Source of the DNA: Octopus bimaculoides
Lineage: Eukaryota
Reading direction: 5' to 3'
NCBI RefSeq assembly: GCF_001194135.2
Contig: NC_068988.1
Span: forward strand, 35,351,139 to 35,396,525
DNA length: 45,387 nucleotides
The notes beneath the pieces were generated by a model. It did no database searches and had not been told where the DNA came from. It saw only the letters and a list, made by a program, of their open reading frames with translations. The translations under genes were made by a program, and so were the position numbers. This document shows, piece after piece, positions 22,057 to 34,671 of the stretch. Positions within the stretch are counted from its first letter, which is position 1; each line of letters opens with the position of its first letter.

Positions 22057-23256
22057 GACACACTGTTACCAGCCGATCAACTTTCAAATTTGAATGGCAC
22101 GGAGGAGGCTTGTGTCATAGTTTTATTTCCTTGTGTACTTAATCTATTCAGTCATGCCTCATTATGGTGATCTCCTTTCAGTTTTATATTTTTAATTCCG
22201 TACCAGTGCTGGCCTTTTCAATCACCAACGATTTAACACCAAAATACTGGTGCTGATGAAAATAGTTCGTGACTTCTTGTTTGTTCATTATGCTTCACTT
22301 ATTGCATCATAGATCAAACAAGAACAGGAACATGTTAATTGTTCCCTAAAGCAAGAAAAAATGTCGGCCTCACCATCAGCATTAGAAAGACCGAAATCTC
22401 CCACCAGCCGAGGCCCATCTCTAAGTATATTAGCGGTATACGTCAACAGCAAACACTTCATAAGTTCCCTATCACTTCCAGCACCGTCAATGACAAAACC
22501 TGAAATATGTAAATGTCTTTGCATATCTGTGACGCAGTGCGACGGAAACTTTGTCATTGTCAGTAGGATGGCCGGGGAATCCCATTAGAAACAAAATTTA
22601 TATCCAGCAGCTGTAGTCCTTTCTACTCTTCTATACGGATCGGAATCTTGGTTCCCTGTTGATCACACATCAATCATCTTCATGTCTTTCATAAACAATG
22701 TCTTCGAACTATATGTAGATGCAGCCTGAATGACAGAAATTTGAAACTTGAGCTAGTCTCTGGATGTAAATTAAGACCAGTGATATTGAATCTTTTCTTT
22801 TGCAAGGTGGACATTTTCTCTGAGTAAGTAATAATAGAATTCCAAAAGTCCTTACATGTAGCTAGCCCCTTGTTATAAGGAGAAGTGTTGGAAAACTGTG
22901 ACTAAAAAATACAAAAGATCTCTAAGTTAACCTGAAACTAACAAGTATTCCCACAGAAACATTTAAAAACTGCATTTAGGCGCAATAAATTCAGGTTAAC
23001 TCGCTATAAAGTCAAATAAATTATGAAATACGCCATCAGATCTATCGTAACACTTTGGGATGGAAGATGATTTCTCGATCAAATATACCAGCCACTTTGA
23101 ATAGCAATTCTCTCTTATATCGAGTTAGTGGGATTGTCGGTAGACCAATGCTTTCATAAAAGTATTATTAGGAACAGGGGAGGGGCATAGATATTAAGAC
23201 TTTAAAAAATAACTGATGGACCCTCGTCGCCCGGAATCGACGGGTGGATCAATAAT
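22057..23256 (+). mobile_element. RTE-clade (BovB-type) LINE 3' remnant, with probable 3' UTR/tail
   Basis: Translation: SNLNGTEEACVI (decayed NGVKQGCV)...RTSAGLFNHQRFNTK..IVRDFLFVHY (decayed FADD, 22280-22291)../VGLTISIRKTEISHQPRP../AVVLSTLLYGSESW../HVFHKQCLR../RIPKVL..RRSVGK. The GLTIS.KKTE..HQP and STLLYGSE.W motifs are typical of RTE/BovB ORFs. Tail-like stem-loop at 23211-23256. Confidence 0.82.
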
Positions 23257-23257
23257 C

Positions 23258-23267
23258 GCGACGCACG

Positions 23268-23309
<42 letters not shown>

Positions 23310-23353
23310 TATATATTATGTATATGTATATATATATATACACACACACAGAG

Positions 23354-23388
<35 letters not shown>

Positions 23389-23450
23389 ATATACGTACAT
23401 GCATGCATACACACACACACATACACATATATGTATCTATTCATGCATAT
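23258..23450. repeat. (CG)/(CA)n/(TA)n compound microsatellite
   Basis: Direct reading. Confidence 0.93.
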
Positions 23451-23939
23451 ATATTGAAAAATATAGCTACTCAAATAAATATGCTTGCCTTCTGTATTTC
23501 ATCACTTTGAAGTGCTAAGTTAAAACTTTCCTTTCGGTACTAGCTGGCAACGTATGCACATATGCATATTGACTTTGGAAGATGGCGTATTCCGTGGATT
23601 CCATAACTGAATGAGATTTTGGTGGCTGTTAAAAACAGAAAAGTGACAGTCCCTCTTTTAATAAATACAAAAAATAAAATAATACGTTTTCTTTCCCGTC
23701 ATTTCGACATCGGTGAAATAAGCCCGAAGTCAATGACAAAACAACTGATCCTTCTAAAGTATAGATATATATATTAAAGAAAGAATGAAAGAAAGGAGTG
23801 TAAAACTAGCATTTTTTCGATTACATAAGTTTGTCGCTTTATAAGTTTACATATTCAACCTTACTTTTGTTGTATTAGTGGCCAAATAGTTCTCTTGGTG
23901 GTCAAATGAGTGGAAAAGCTCATATTTAGAACGTTTTTG

Positions 23940-24080
23940 TATTTTCTCTCAACTTAGTGGTTCAGCAAAAGAATAAGTATCAGGCTTAAAATAAGTTCTG
24001 ATGTCAATTCATTCGACTAAAATTTCTTCACGGCAGAGTCCCAGCATGAACGCAGTCTAATGACTGAAACACATTAAAGA
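23940..24080 (+). mobile_element. SINE family A-related 3' fragment (tail)
   Basis: aataagtatcaggcttaaaataagttctgatgtcaattcattcgactaa...ggcagagtcccagcatgaacgcagtctaatgactgaaac. Confidence 0.75.
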
Positions 24081-24517
24081 CAGAAGTCTATAGAACAGAA
24101 TTCTGTACGTGTTAAAATTTGAGTTATTTTTATGTACCAGATAGCATATTTTTTTTGTTCAGAGATCGTATTCAGATAGAATCAACATTAATATTCATAA
24201 CCTCTAGGTCAATAAAATAATCATGAATGAAATGAATTTTATATTTTATGAATTGCCTTGAAAGACGCAAAATATAAAAAAAAGCATGAATTTTAGTCAT
24301 TTTTTTTTATCACAGCAAGATATGAGTTGATCAGGCAGTAGCAGATTAAATTGAACACTATTGAATATTTAGCAAGGAAAATCACTAGGAGTCCGAAGTG
24401 ACATGGAAGGAATCTATCAGTGATAATTTTCCGGCTGGAAATATGAACCAAATTTTACCAGATACATCCTATAGTCATATAAAGAACAACGATACATTGG
24501 ACATCGTATTGTTATCA

Positions 24518-24672
24518 ACATACATACATACATACATACATACAGACAGACAGACAGACAGACATATAGACATACATGCATGCATACATACATACATACA
24601 TACATATATACATACATACATACGTATATACATACATACATACATACATATATGGATACACACACACACAAC
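24518..24672. repeat. (TACA)n/(GACA)n microsatellite
   Basis: Direct reading. Confidence 0.95.
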
Positions 24673-24750
24673 TGAATAACATCTGATCATACGTCAACAG
24701 AACAAAAGATGATATGAGGTAAACATCTACATCATTAACAGCAACAACAT

Positions 24751-24804
<54 letters not shown>
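24751..24804. repeat. (CTA)18 trinucleotide microsatellite
   Basis: Direct reading. Confidence 0.95.
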
Positions 24805-24914
24805 GGGTCTGAGGAAAATAATTTTGGTTTCTCGGTCAATAATTTGATGAACAAATATCTAAGACCCTATATCGTTAGAAGGCGTCAATAGAAGCAAATT
24901 CTCAGTTGTTACGT

Positions 24915-25150
24915 GCTGAATCACTTGAATCGTTAGAGCATCGGCTAAATTACCTCTCGTAAGTTTTTCTGACACTGTGAGTTCAATTCCTATCATGGTT
25001 CACTTTGCTTAATCATGTTTTGAGGTCGGTGAAAACAATGTCTGTCCAGCGCGCAGTTTTGGAATCACTGTAAGAATGTCGAACCAGTATTATTTGTACC
25101 GGTGCTATACGTTTTGAGTTCAAATCTGACCACTGCCTTCTTGAGTGGAA
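24915..25150 (+). mobile_element. Two decayed SINE family B heads in tandem
   Basis: gaatcgttagagcatcggctaaa...gtgagttcaattcc..tcactttgc and tatacgttttgagttcaaatctgacc match the family B head and B-box. Confidence 0.5.
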
Positions 25151-25920
25151 GACTTAATCTAACATCAGGCTTAACCATACAATATAGATTCTTGTGTGTC
25201 TCTAGTGTAGTTCACTGTGCTAACAATCCAGTCCAGATCAACAGTATGTGGGTACTTTCCTCTCACCCACTCACCCTACTCGGATGTCCTGTAAAGAGAC
25301 ATGGACACTGACTTCAGCATTGCGAAGTAAAAGAGTTAATTAGAAAACGTGTTATTAGGAGCGTGATAATTACATTCTTGTCACGGTGCATATACATAGT
25401 AAATTTGTTATCGCAATCTTCATGGGTATAATTTTATTCCAATGCTTTCCGGCTTAAAATTTTGTAGAGCTCGATCTGATATCACCGATGTTGATAATGT
25501 GAATGCAATACAAAGAAAATAGTTTCAGTCGACAATATATTTTTTCCCTTTATAAAAGGAAAAAAAAAAAAAATATTAGTCTTGCGTCTAGAGGAAAAAA
25601 AATCATTATTTAGACATTTCGTTCTTTCTTCAGATTCATTCAACTCGCGAATAGTTTATTTCTCATTTTTTTTTGTTTAAAGAAAGGAAACAGTAAAACA
25701 AACAAACAAAAAAACAAACACGGCTTGTCCAACGCGTTCTATTTTAGTAAATTCAGATCATAGATTGGTAATTTAAAAGAAGTTATCGTTCATCATCAAC
25801 CCCCATAACAGTTGCTAAGCAAAACAACTGAATATACAATAACAAATCAATATGGTTACAATTCTTACACAAAAAAAGAGAGACAGAAGTGTGTTTTGTT
25901 TCATTTTTAGAAATAAAATC

Positions 25921-25980
25921 GTCACCACCACCACCACCACCATCACCACCACCACTATTACTGTCACCACCATCATTGTG

Positions 25981-26057
<77 letters not shown>

Positions 26058-26150
26058 GTTATTATTATTATTATTATTGCTTTTGTTATTATCATAATAA
26101 TAATAATTATTATTATTATTATCATTATTATTATGATCATCATTATCATC
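25921..26150. repeat. (CAC)n followed by (TTA/ATT)n trinucleotide tract
   Basis: Direct reading. Confidence 0.95.
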
Positions 26151-26745
26151 TGTGCATTCAGAGAAACTTTGCAAAAAAAAAAAAACATTAATAATAGTGA
26201 AGTTTTAATAGTTTTTAATTGTTTCGCGTCACAATTGATGCACTCCCCACCGCACGCAATAACTCCCAATCACACAACCATCTTGAAACAATAGCGAAAG
26301 TAATGTCAAATTGTAACCACAGGATAGCTAGTTGCTAGTTCTGTATGTCTGTATGAATAGTGAATCATGAGAGTCTCGCTTATTTTTTTCATGTTAACAA
26401 TGTTTTAAATTTCACTCTTATTAATTTTAACCTCTTTCTATTGTTTCTCTGAATGAAAATCAGAGCAAAGTTTGCCTTTATTTATTCAATCTTTCTGTAT
26501 GTGTAGTGATATCTTTCAGAAAACTTTAATATTGTATTTTTTTTCAGGCGGAATTATTCTGTTTATTTGAATTATGAGAGGTTGGAATGGTTGTAGAAAT
26601 ATCACAACAGATGCAAAATTTCGTTTCGTCTCTAAGTTTAAAAAAAAAAAAAGTGACTTACGACTTTGATTTCCAAATTTACTGTACAGGAAGTTCTATA
26701 TTGAATTAAACATGAAATAATTGTTTTGATTAAAGTTAATTTCTA

Positions 26746-27110
26746 GGTGGCGAGCTGCCTAAAATGTGAGCACGTCGGAGAAAAGGCCTAGCGGCATTTC
26801 TTCCGATTTTTACGTTCTGAGTTGAAATTATGCAGATGTCAGACAACTTCTTATTGTCTTGGAGTTGATGAATTAATCACCACTTGAACACTGAGGTTGA
26901 TGTAATCTACTAATACCCACCCACTAAAATTGGTGGCTTTGTACCGAAAGTAGAAAGAATTGTTATTGTTTCACTTCACAAGTAGCGTGCTGAAAGATCA
27001 TCGGCTAAATAATACCTCAATATTTCTTCCTGCTCTTTACTTTTTGAGTTCCAATTTAGACGAGGTCAGCTTTGCTTTTCATCCCTCCAGGATCTATAAT
27101 TATGTAAAAT
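26746..27110 (+). mobile_element. Two decayed SINE family B copies (about 26746-26840 and 26985-27110)
   Basis: ggtggcgagctg...tttacgttctgagttgaaatt and ttttgagttccaatttagacgaggtcagctttgcttttcatcc match 19921-20122. Confidence 0.65.
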
Positions 27111-27190
27111 GACATCCCACGTAGACATCAAACCATTGTCATCTAGCACCGTTATAATTATTTACTAAGTATATATTTTTCTTCCGCAAG

Positions 27191-27304
27191 GTAGTTCTCC
27201 AAGTACGACAGAACATTAATCTTACAAAATTTAAAATGATATCGACCAAATCTAAACTAACAAATCTTAAAATATTTCCCGGGCATGTAAAAGCAAAAAG
27301 TAAG
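27191..27304 (+). CDS. Candidate 114-nt host exon (unidentified): VVLQVRQNINLTKFKMISTKSKLTNLKIFPGHVKAKSK
   Basis: Pyrimidine tract tttttcttccgcaag| upstream, near-consensus donor AAG|GTAAGC at 27304/27305, length 3n, open only in phase 0. No homologue recognised. Confidence 0.2.
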
Positions 27305-28480
27305 GTAAGCAAAATAAGTGTATTCTTATATTTGTTCTAAAAATAAACGACGAATCAAATTTATTGGTAATTATACTAATTGGAGTAAAAGAAGACATTA
27401 ACCTAAAGTTCGTTCCTTTTTGTACAACAACGATGGAAACGAAATGAAAGAGTCAGAAAAAGCAATTAAAAATAGCAAAATAATGAGATGGTCACAGGGG
27501 CAATGAATTTAATCACAGTTCTGTTTCACCCAGGGTTAACTTCGACTAAAATCAAGAGCAAAAGCTTGAAGAACAAACGGGCTCTAGCGAGCTTGTTCAC
27601 TCCAGATACACTAGGAATGGAATCAGATATATGTTGTTCCTAAGATACTATGGTTTTATATATTGATGTCATAATAATTGTTTGAACCATGAATATATGG
27701 ACTTACTTTACTCGCATTGTTTAGAAATTACTAATCTGAAAAGTAACAATGAAACTAAAATATTAATTCGTCAACGTAATTACAATTCTTCTGGTAAATA
27801 ATTATCAAAAGTTAAACAGAAAGAGATACACTTCTGACGGCTTTTTAAAACTAAAAGTTCGCTACATGCAAGACGTACTTCAGTTTTAATTTTGAGTAAC
27901 ATAAACAATAGGCACTTAAAGACATTATCTCAGAATCTTTTCTTAACTAATTCTGTCTAATTCGTGGAACTCATGCTAGATGAATCGTTTACTTCCACTG
28001 AAGATTACAAGAAAGACTTGAAAGAAACTTATTAATAAGAGACCCTTGACATTTTCTCAGAGAAATTGCTTTGATAGTCAGGGTTATCAACTAATTTAAA
28101 TTGATGATTAGAACATTTACAGAAGTTAAAGGTAAAGATGCACGAGTACTAAATGAAGATTTTTATATCTTTATACTTTCTCATTGAAGGTTAAAATTAA
28201 TAGCTACTTCTATAAATTGCAGATTTCAGGAAAATAAAATTAAATCCTTTTATTCATGACTGTACATATACCTCAACACATATCAATATATGAATACGCG
28301 CATACTAATATTAATACCGATATTGATAATATATATATATAATTACACACACACGCGCGTATATATAAATGCATACACAAAAACACATATAACAGATCAG
28401 CGATTGAGATTGCTACCTAAATTGGCTGAGAATATAATTTTACTCTACATTTTCGCGTGTACATATTCTTCTAATTATTC

Positions 28481-28517
<37 letters not shown>

Positions 28518-28677
28518 NNNNNNNNNNNNNNNNNNNNNNNNNNNNNNNNNNNNNNNNNNNNNNNNNNNNNNNNNNNNNNNNNNNNNNNNNNNNNNNNNNN
28601 NNNNNNNNNNNNNNNNNNNNNNNNNNNNNNNNNNNNNNNNNNNNNNNNNNNNNNNNNNNNNNNNNNNNNNNNNNNNN

Positions 28678-28718
<41 letters not shown>

Positions 28719-29594
28719 TATATACATACGAATGAGAGAAACATTATACATTCATACGTACATACATAAACATACACTCACACAAACACACACGCACACA
28801 CAGAGACACACACATACACAAATACAACTCCCACACAAGCACGCATATAACTACTACTGGCACACCCTCAGTTGATAGGATGTGCCATGTTCCTTCTTTA
28901 ACTTTTAAGTTCGCAAATAATCATGAAAAGGCAACAGTAACATGATAGACTATGTCTCAAACACTGAAAGTTCGAAAATCGAGAGTGGTCGGTGACAGTT
29001 GAACAAATTACTATTGATAATACAGGCTTATCACCGGCATTGTTATATATTCCTTTTAGTAAAATGTGTACCTGTGAATGCTGTGTGCGTTATGTTTGCT
29101 TTGATACGTATGTATTCTTTGTGTTGTAGAAATGAATCTAAGGTATAACATTTTGTTTCTATCTGGCTTGCTTATATTGATTGGTGGAATGACAAGTTGA
29201 GAGTTTTCTAGTGCTGATGGTAAGAAATACAGTGAATTTGGACGGTATTACTTCAAACCGACTGGAATCAAACTATCTCTCTTGATGTGTTTTAGCCTAG
29301 GGCTAATTATGTCACTACATATAGTGGTGGGAGGGGTTGCGTGTGTAATATTATTTCTACTTAAGAAAGTATGTATGCTTCATAGATTTAGAAAAAGTTC
29401 GTGAAGTTATTGGTTAAAAACTGATTGAAATTAAGATAGCTAGTACTCCACTACAAACTGCAAATTCAGGACGTGGATTTTGTAAACTACAGAGTTTTCG
29501 CGACGTGACAGACAGTGTACCAATTAACCTCTGAGGTTATTTCTGAATGAGATATTCAATGTATTCTGTATATATATATATATATATAAGCAAT

Positions 29595-29968
29595 GTGGAG
29601 GCGCAATGGCCCAGTGATTAGGGCAGTGGACTAGCGATTTCAATTCCCAAACAGGGCGTTGTTAGTGTTTATTGAGCGAAAACACCTAAAGCCCCACGAG
29701 GCTCCGGCATGGGATGGTGGCGAACCCTGCTGTACTGTTTCACCACAACTTTCTCTCACTCTTACTTCCTGTTTCTGTTGTGCCTGTAATTCAAAAGTCA
29801 GCCTTGTGACACTGTGTCACGCTGAATATCCCCGAGAACTACGTTAAGGGTACACGTGTCTGTGGAGTACTCAGCCACTTGCAAGTTAATTTCACGAGCA
29901 GACTGTTCCGTTGATCAGATCAACTGGAACCCTCGACGTCGTAAGCGACGGAGTGCCAACAACAACAA
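29595..29968 (+). mobile_element. tRNA-derived SINE, family C, near full length, (CAA)n tail, 11-bp target-site duplication
   Basis: Head gtggaggcgcaatggcccagtgattagggcagtggact..ttcaattccc; 3' stem-loop cgtcg-taag-cgacg, then ccaacaacaac; TSD ATATAAGCAAT at 29584-29594 and 29969-29979. Confidence 0.9.
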
Positions 29969-31538
29969 ATATAAGCAATAGAGAATATTATCCTAAGTTT
30001 TCCTAATGTCAGTAATTTCATAAATTTATAAATTTTCAGTGTTGTTGAGGTTATCATGTATTTTTATTTAAGATCTATGAGAAGAATCTTTTGGGGGTGT
30101 AAAAGTTTAACTTAAAAGTTAAAAGAAAACAACGAATAGGCAGTTTTACATGGAATGAATCTTTCTAATACATTTCAAGGGATGAATAGTATGGTGATGT
30201 ATCGCTGTTGCTCTGTTAAGTTCAAGCTTTTGCTGATCTTTAACATTCTCGTGATTTTCAAGGCTGTTACAATGCTATTCTGAGAAGATTGAGGAAGATT
30301 TTATATAAAAAGTTGATGTGCTTAATAAATGTTCCCGGGATTTTCATATTGTGTCTTTTTTCTTCTACGTGTTGTTTACAGTGGATGATTTTCGAAAAGG
30401 AAAACGTTTAGACTCATGAATTTTCTAATTGCTATTGTTTAATTAAAGCTATTGTGATTCAAGATACTGCTGAATACGCTTATCTTGTGTAATCGACTTA
30501 AATCATCACCCGGTTTAATACCAACCTCTGGAACCTTCGATAACTTTACTCAAGCCAACTCTATTGCTTGCATTTGGACCAGAGTTCTGGTTTCAGGACA
30601 ACTATCTTTCCGATCCTATCAGTCTCGGACACACTAACAAGCTATGGTCAATGCATTACTTCCTGTCTAAAAGCAAAAGAAATAAGCAAATACGACTAAT
30701 TGTTTTGTGATTAAAAATAGTTTTCGTAGTTTATGTCAGATACGAAATGTTTGCTAATTGCTTGCATTGTTTTACTTTAGTTTTATATTTTCGATGATTC
30801 CCTTTATCTAAGTGGTCTTTGTATTCGAGTATTGCATATGAGGTTATATCTCTTCTGTTCTAGGCTGTGCTTATTTTCTTGTGTGATTATATGATGCTTT
30901 CGATATATNNNNNNNNNNNNNNNNNNNNNNNNNNNNNNNNNNNNNNNNNNNNNNNNNNNNNNNNNNNNNNNNNNNNNNNNNNNNNNNNNNNNNNNNNNNN
31001 NNNNNNNNNNNNNNNNNNNNNNNNNNNNNNNNNNNNNNNNNNNNNNNNNNNNNNNNNNNNNNNNNNNNNNNNNNNNNNNNNNNNNNNNNNNNNNNNNNNN
31101 NNNNNNNNNNNNNNNNNNNNNNNNNNNNNNNNNNNNNNNNNNNNNNNNNNNNNNNNNNNNNNNNNNNNNNNNNNNNNNNNNNNNNNNNNNNNNNNNNNNN
31201 NNNNNNNNNNNNNNNNNNNNNNNNNNNNNNNNNNNNNNNNNNNNNNNNNNNNNNNNNNNNNNNNNNNNNNNNNNNNNNNNNNNNNNNNNNNNNNNNNNNN
31301 NNNNNNNNNNNNNNNNNNNNNNNNNNNNNNNNNNNNNNNNNNNNNNNNNNNNNNNNNNNNNNNNNNNNNNNNNNNNNNNNNNNNNNNNNNNNNNNNNNNN
31401 NNNNNNNNNNNNNNNNNNNNNNNNNNNNNNNNNNNNNNNNNNNNNNNNNNNNNNNNNNNNNNNNNNNNNNNNNNNNNNNNNNNNNNNNNNNNNNNNNNNN
31501 NNNNNNNNNNNNNNNNNNNNNNNNNNNNNNNNNNNNNN

Positions 31539-31601
<63 letters not shown>

Positions 31602-31606
31602 ATATG

Positions 31607-31637
<31 letters not shown>

Positions 31638-31889
31638 ATATACATATATAAGCACTTGTGGAACTATTAAATTTTGCAGATATTTAACCTATTTTCGACT
31701 TGAAATTTTTCAAGTCTGTAAAAGATATTTTGATTTGTTTAATGTGTGTATGCTGTGAGGAAAATTATGGAATTGCTTGGCTTATTTAAGAACTAAAACT
31801 TCCTACATAGTGATGTCATAGTGTTCTTTATATTGTATGATCTATGATTATTGTAGAAGGATGTTTGTGTCATCCTGAAGACGGATTCT

Positions 31890-32065
31890 GCTTTAGGCTC
31901 ACGACCAGCAATTTTAAGAAGAGGTCTAGTTAATATCACCGATCTCAGTATTGGCCGGTACTTTATTTTACTTACCCCGAAAGAACGAAATGGGGGAATT
32001 GAACGCAGAATGAAAAGAGCCGGGGCAAGTAATGCAAGGTTTTACTTATACCGATGTTCTAAAGA
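31890..32065 (-). mobile_element. Decayed SINE family B copy
   Basis: ggtactttatttacttaccccgaaagaacgaaatgggggaattgaacgcagaatg aligns with the family B body and B-box. Confidence 0.55.
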
Positions 32066-32652
32066 TTCTGTTACCTCACCGTTTTTCCATTTTTATGAAT
32101 GTTTCACAAAAATACTGCTTGAGACTGTTATACAACAAATTTTCTAGCTGGAGCAAACATCTGGTGAAGCAATTCGTGGCGTCTTTTTGCTGTCAATGCG
32201 TTTCGTACAGATTTGAACTTTTCTGTTTCTTATTTGTTGGCGTATTTCTTTGGGCTGCTGTCTATCAAATGCACAATTGTACAGTGCTATCTTAGCAGAA
32301 TGCATTTTAATATTGAGGCTTCCAGTGTTGTGTCAGCAAAATTACTTCATGTAAAGTAACTCTGCAAATAGCTTGTATAAGACAACCGATCAGGTTAAAT
32401 TTCGTAAAACCGTGCCGTAAACCGTTTGTCTTATTTGCAGCATGTTTTCAGTTTTGTCTATCATGTGCACGGTGTATATTTGTATGTGATGTAGTAGATA
32501 TTGCTAATTGGTTTCTTATGAAGCTGTTGCTTTGGGTAGGGAGGTGATGAAGTACTTCTAGTTTCCGTCCTTATTTTGAGTGTTGTTATGGTTCGTATGT
32601 TGGCAAATGGTGTTGTTTGCTTGTGTTTGAGTTAACATAGTCCAAGTATTAA

Positions 32653-33063
32653 TACTCTCTTTTACTCTTTACTTGTTTCAGTCATTTGACTGCGGCCATG
32701 CTGGAGCACCGCCTTTAGTCGAACAGATCGATCCCAGGATTTATTTTTTGGAAGCCTAGTACTTATTCTATCGATTTCTTTTTCCGAACCGCTAAGTTAC
32801 AGCGACGTAAACACACAAGCATCGGTTGTCAAGCGATGCTGGGGGGACAAACACAAACACACAAACATATACACACACACATACAAATATATATATATAC
32901 ATATATACGACGGACTTCTTTCAGTTTCCGTCTACCAAATCCACTCACAAGGCTTTGGTCGGCCTGAGGCTATAGTAGAAGACATTTACCCAAGGTGCCA
33001 CGCAGTGGGACTGAACCCAGAACCATGTGGTTGGTAAGCACGCTACTTACCACACAGCCACTA
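32653..33063 (-). mobile_element. tRNA-derived SINE, family A, full-length and gap-free
   Basis: Sense strand: gtggctgtgtggtaagtagcgtgcttacc..gggttcagtcccactgcgtggcaccttgggtaaatgtcttctactatagcctcaggccgaccaaagccttgtgagtggatttgg; internal TA/TG tract; tail ggcggtgctccagcatggccgcagtcaaatgactgaaacaagtaaagagtaaaagagagta. Confidence 0.93.
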
Positions 33064-34628
33064 TGAAATTTTTATGGATTTCAAAGTCTGTATCATTCAT
33101 AGTAGTCAATCTGAGATTCTTTCCCTCCTGGTTTTGAGTGACCTATTTTTCTTATTGATTCCATGTACCAAAATTCTTTCATTAGCTCATCGTACAAATC
33201 GTCATTCCATCATCATGCCAGCAAATATATTTTGGACAACGGTTCCTTCAAAATGCACATATAAGAATGTATGTTGAAATGTGATTGAGATCAGGATATT
33301 GCTTCGAGAATGGTTATAGGTTCATTCTTTAATCTGATGAAAACGTGCTGTATCCTACATGGAAAATAAGACAATTTCGTAGTGAGCAAGATCACCGATG
33401 CGAATGAAATTGCGATTCTGAACATTTCACTTCTGAAACACCAATATGCTCTTTCAGAACGGCATCAAAGAGTCAAGATCTAATACTACGAAATATGTAA
33501 TGCATTCGGCCGTAAACCTGCTGCTGTAAATGGAACAGTTTCTGTAATTGAAAACATCATTGCTCGAGTGTAGACTAATTTATGTAAACACCATATCCAC
33601 GCACATCACTTCTTACTGTGGCAGGCATTTTAAAAACACAGCGAAAATCCCGCTATAATGAGATGGACCATTTTAAGCAGACACAGTTAATTTTCTTTTT
33701 TTAGATATAATGGTAAATACGTCTTAGAAATGAGTAATATAACCACACTTCAATGAGTGCATAATAATATATAATTAATAGTTTATGATAACCATCAAAT
33801 ATATAATATATCACTTCAATCGAATGCAAAACGAATCTGATCAAGGTTTCGGATTTGTAGCTAAAGTATTGATTGGAGAGCTGGAGAAGTTTAACATCCT
33901 GAGGCCGATGTGAAGACGCGAAATCAACTCCTGAACACTAGCGGAGAAATATATACTTGTAACAGAAAAACAGTTGCCTGTAACTTCACTATGTCAATTG
34001 CTCAATCATACTTGGCCGTCCACATTGAATCTGTCTATAGTCAGGATGTTTAATCCTAGGAGCACCTTATTTATGGCGATAATATATTCTTGGCATACGA
34101 ACTACAGGCTGCTCCTTTAACCGATAGCTGTAGGCACTATAGTCATTCAACCATTTTCAAGTGTACAAAGGTTTTGTAAATATAACAAAGTTTGCAATAA
34201 CACATTCATACACACACGCACTCAGACACACATAGACACACACAGACACACACAGATACGCACGAACATAGACACACACACAAGTAAACACACACACAAG
34301 TAAACACACACACACACGCTGCCATATTGCTACAGTAATACATATTCACTTACTATTACGTGAAAGCGCGCGTCCTTGCACATACATAGATATACGAACA
34401 TAAACGCCATCCGACCACACGAAAATATATACCAGTCCATAATATAACAGATGGCCGGCGGCCAGAAATCGACTATGGTTCAATAATGATTGTAGCAGTC
34501 TCGAAACAATTTGTTCAGAAGAAATTTGTGGCAACATACATACGTACATACATACATACATGCACACACATACATACGTATACACACATACATACATACA
34601 GACATACATACATACATATGTATAAATG

Positions 34629-34671
<43 letters not shown>

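Noticed and set aside
2071-33063. tRNA genes suggested by A/B-box motifs
   Set aside because: All are SINE heads continuing into SINE bodies; no complete cloverleaf seen.
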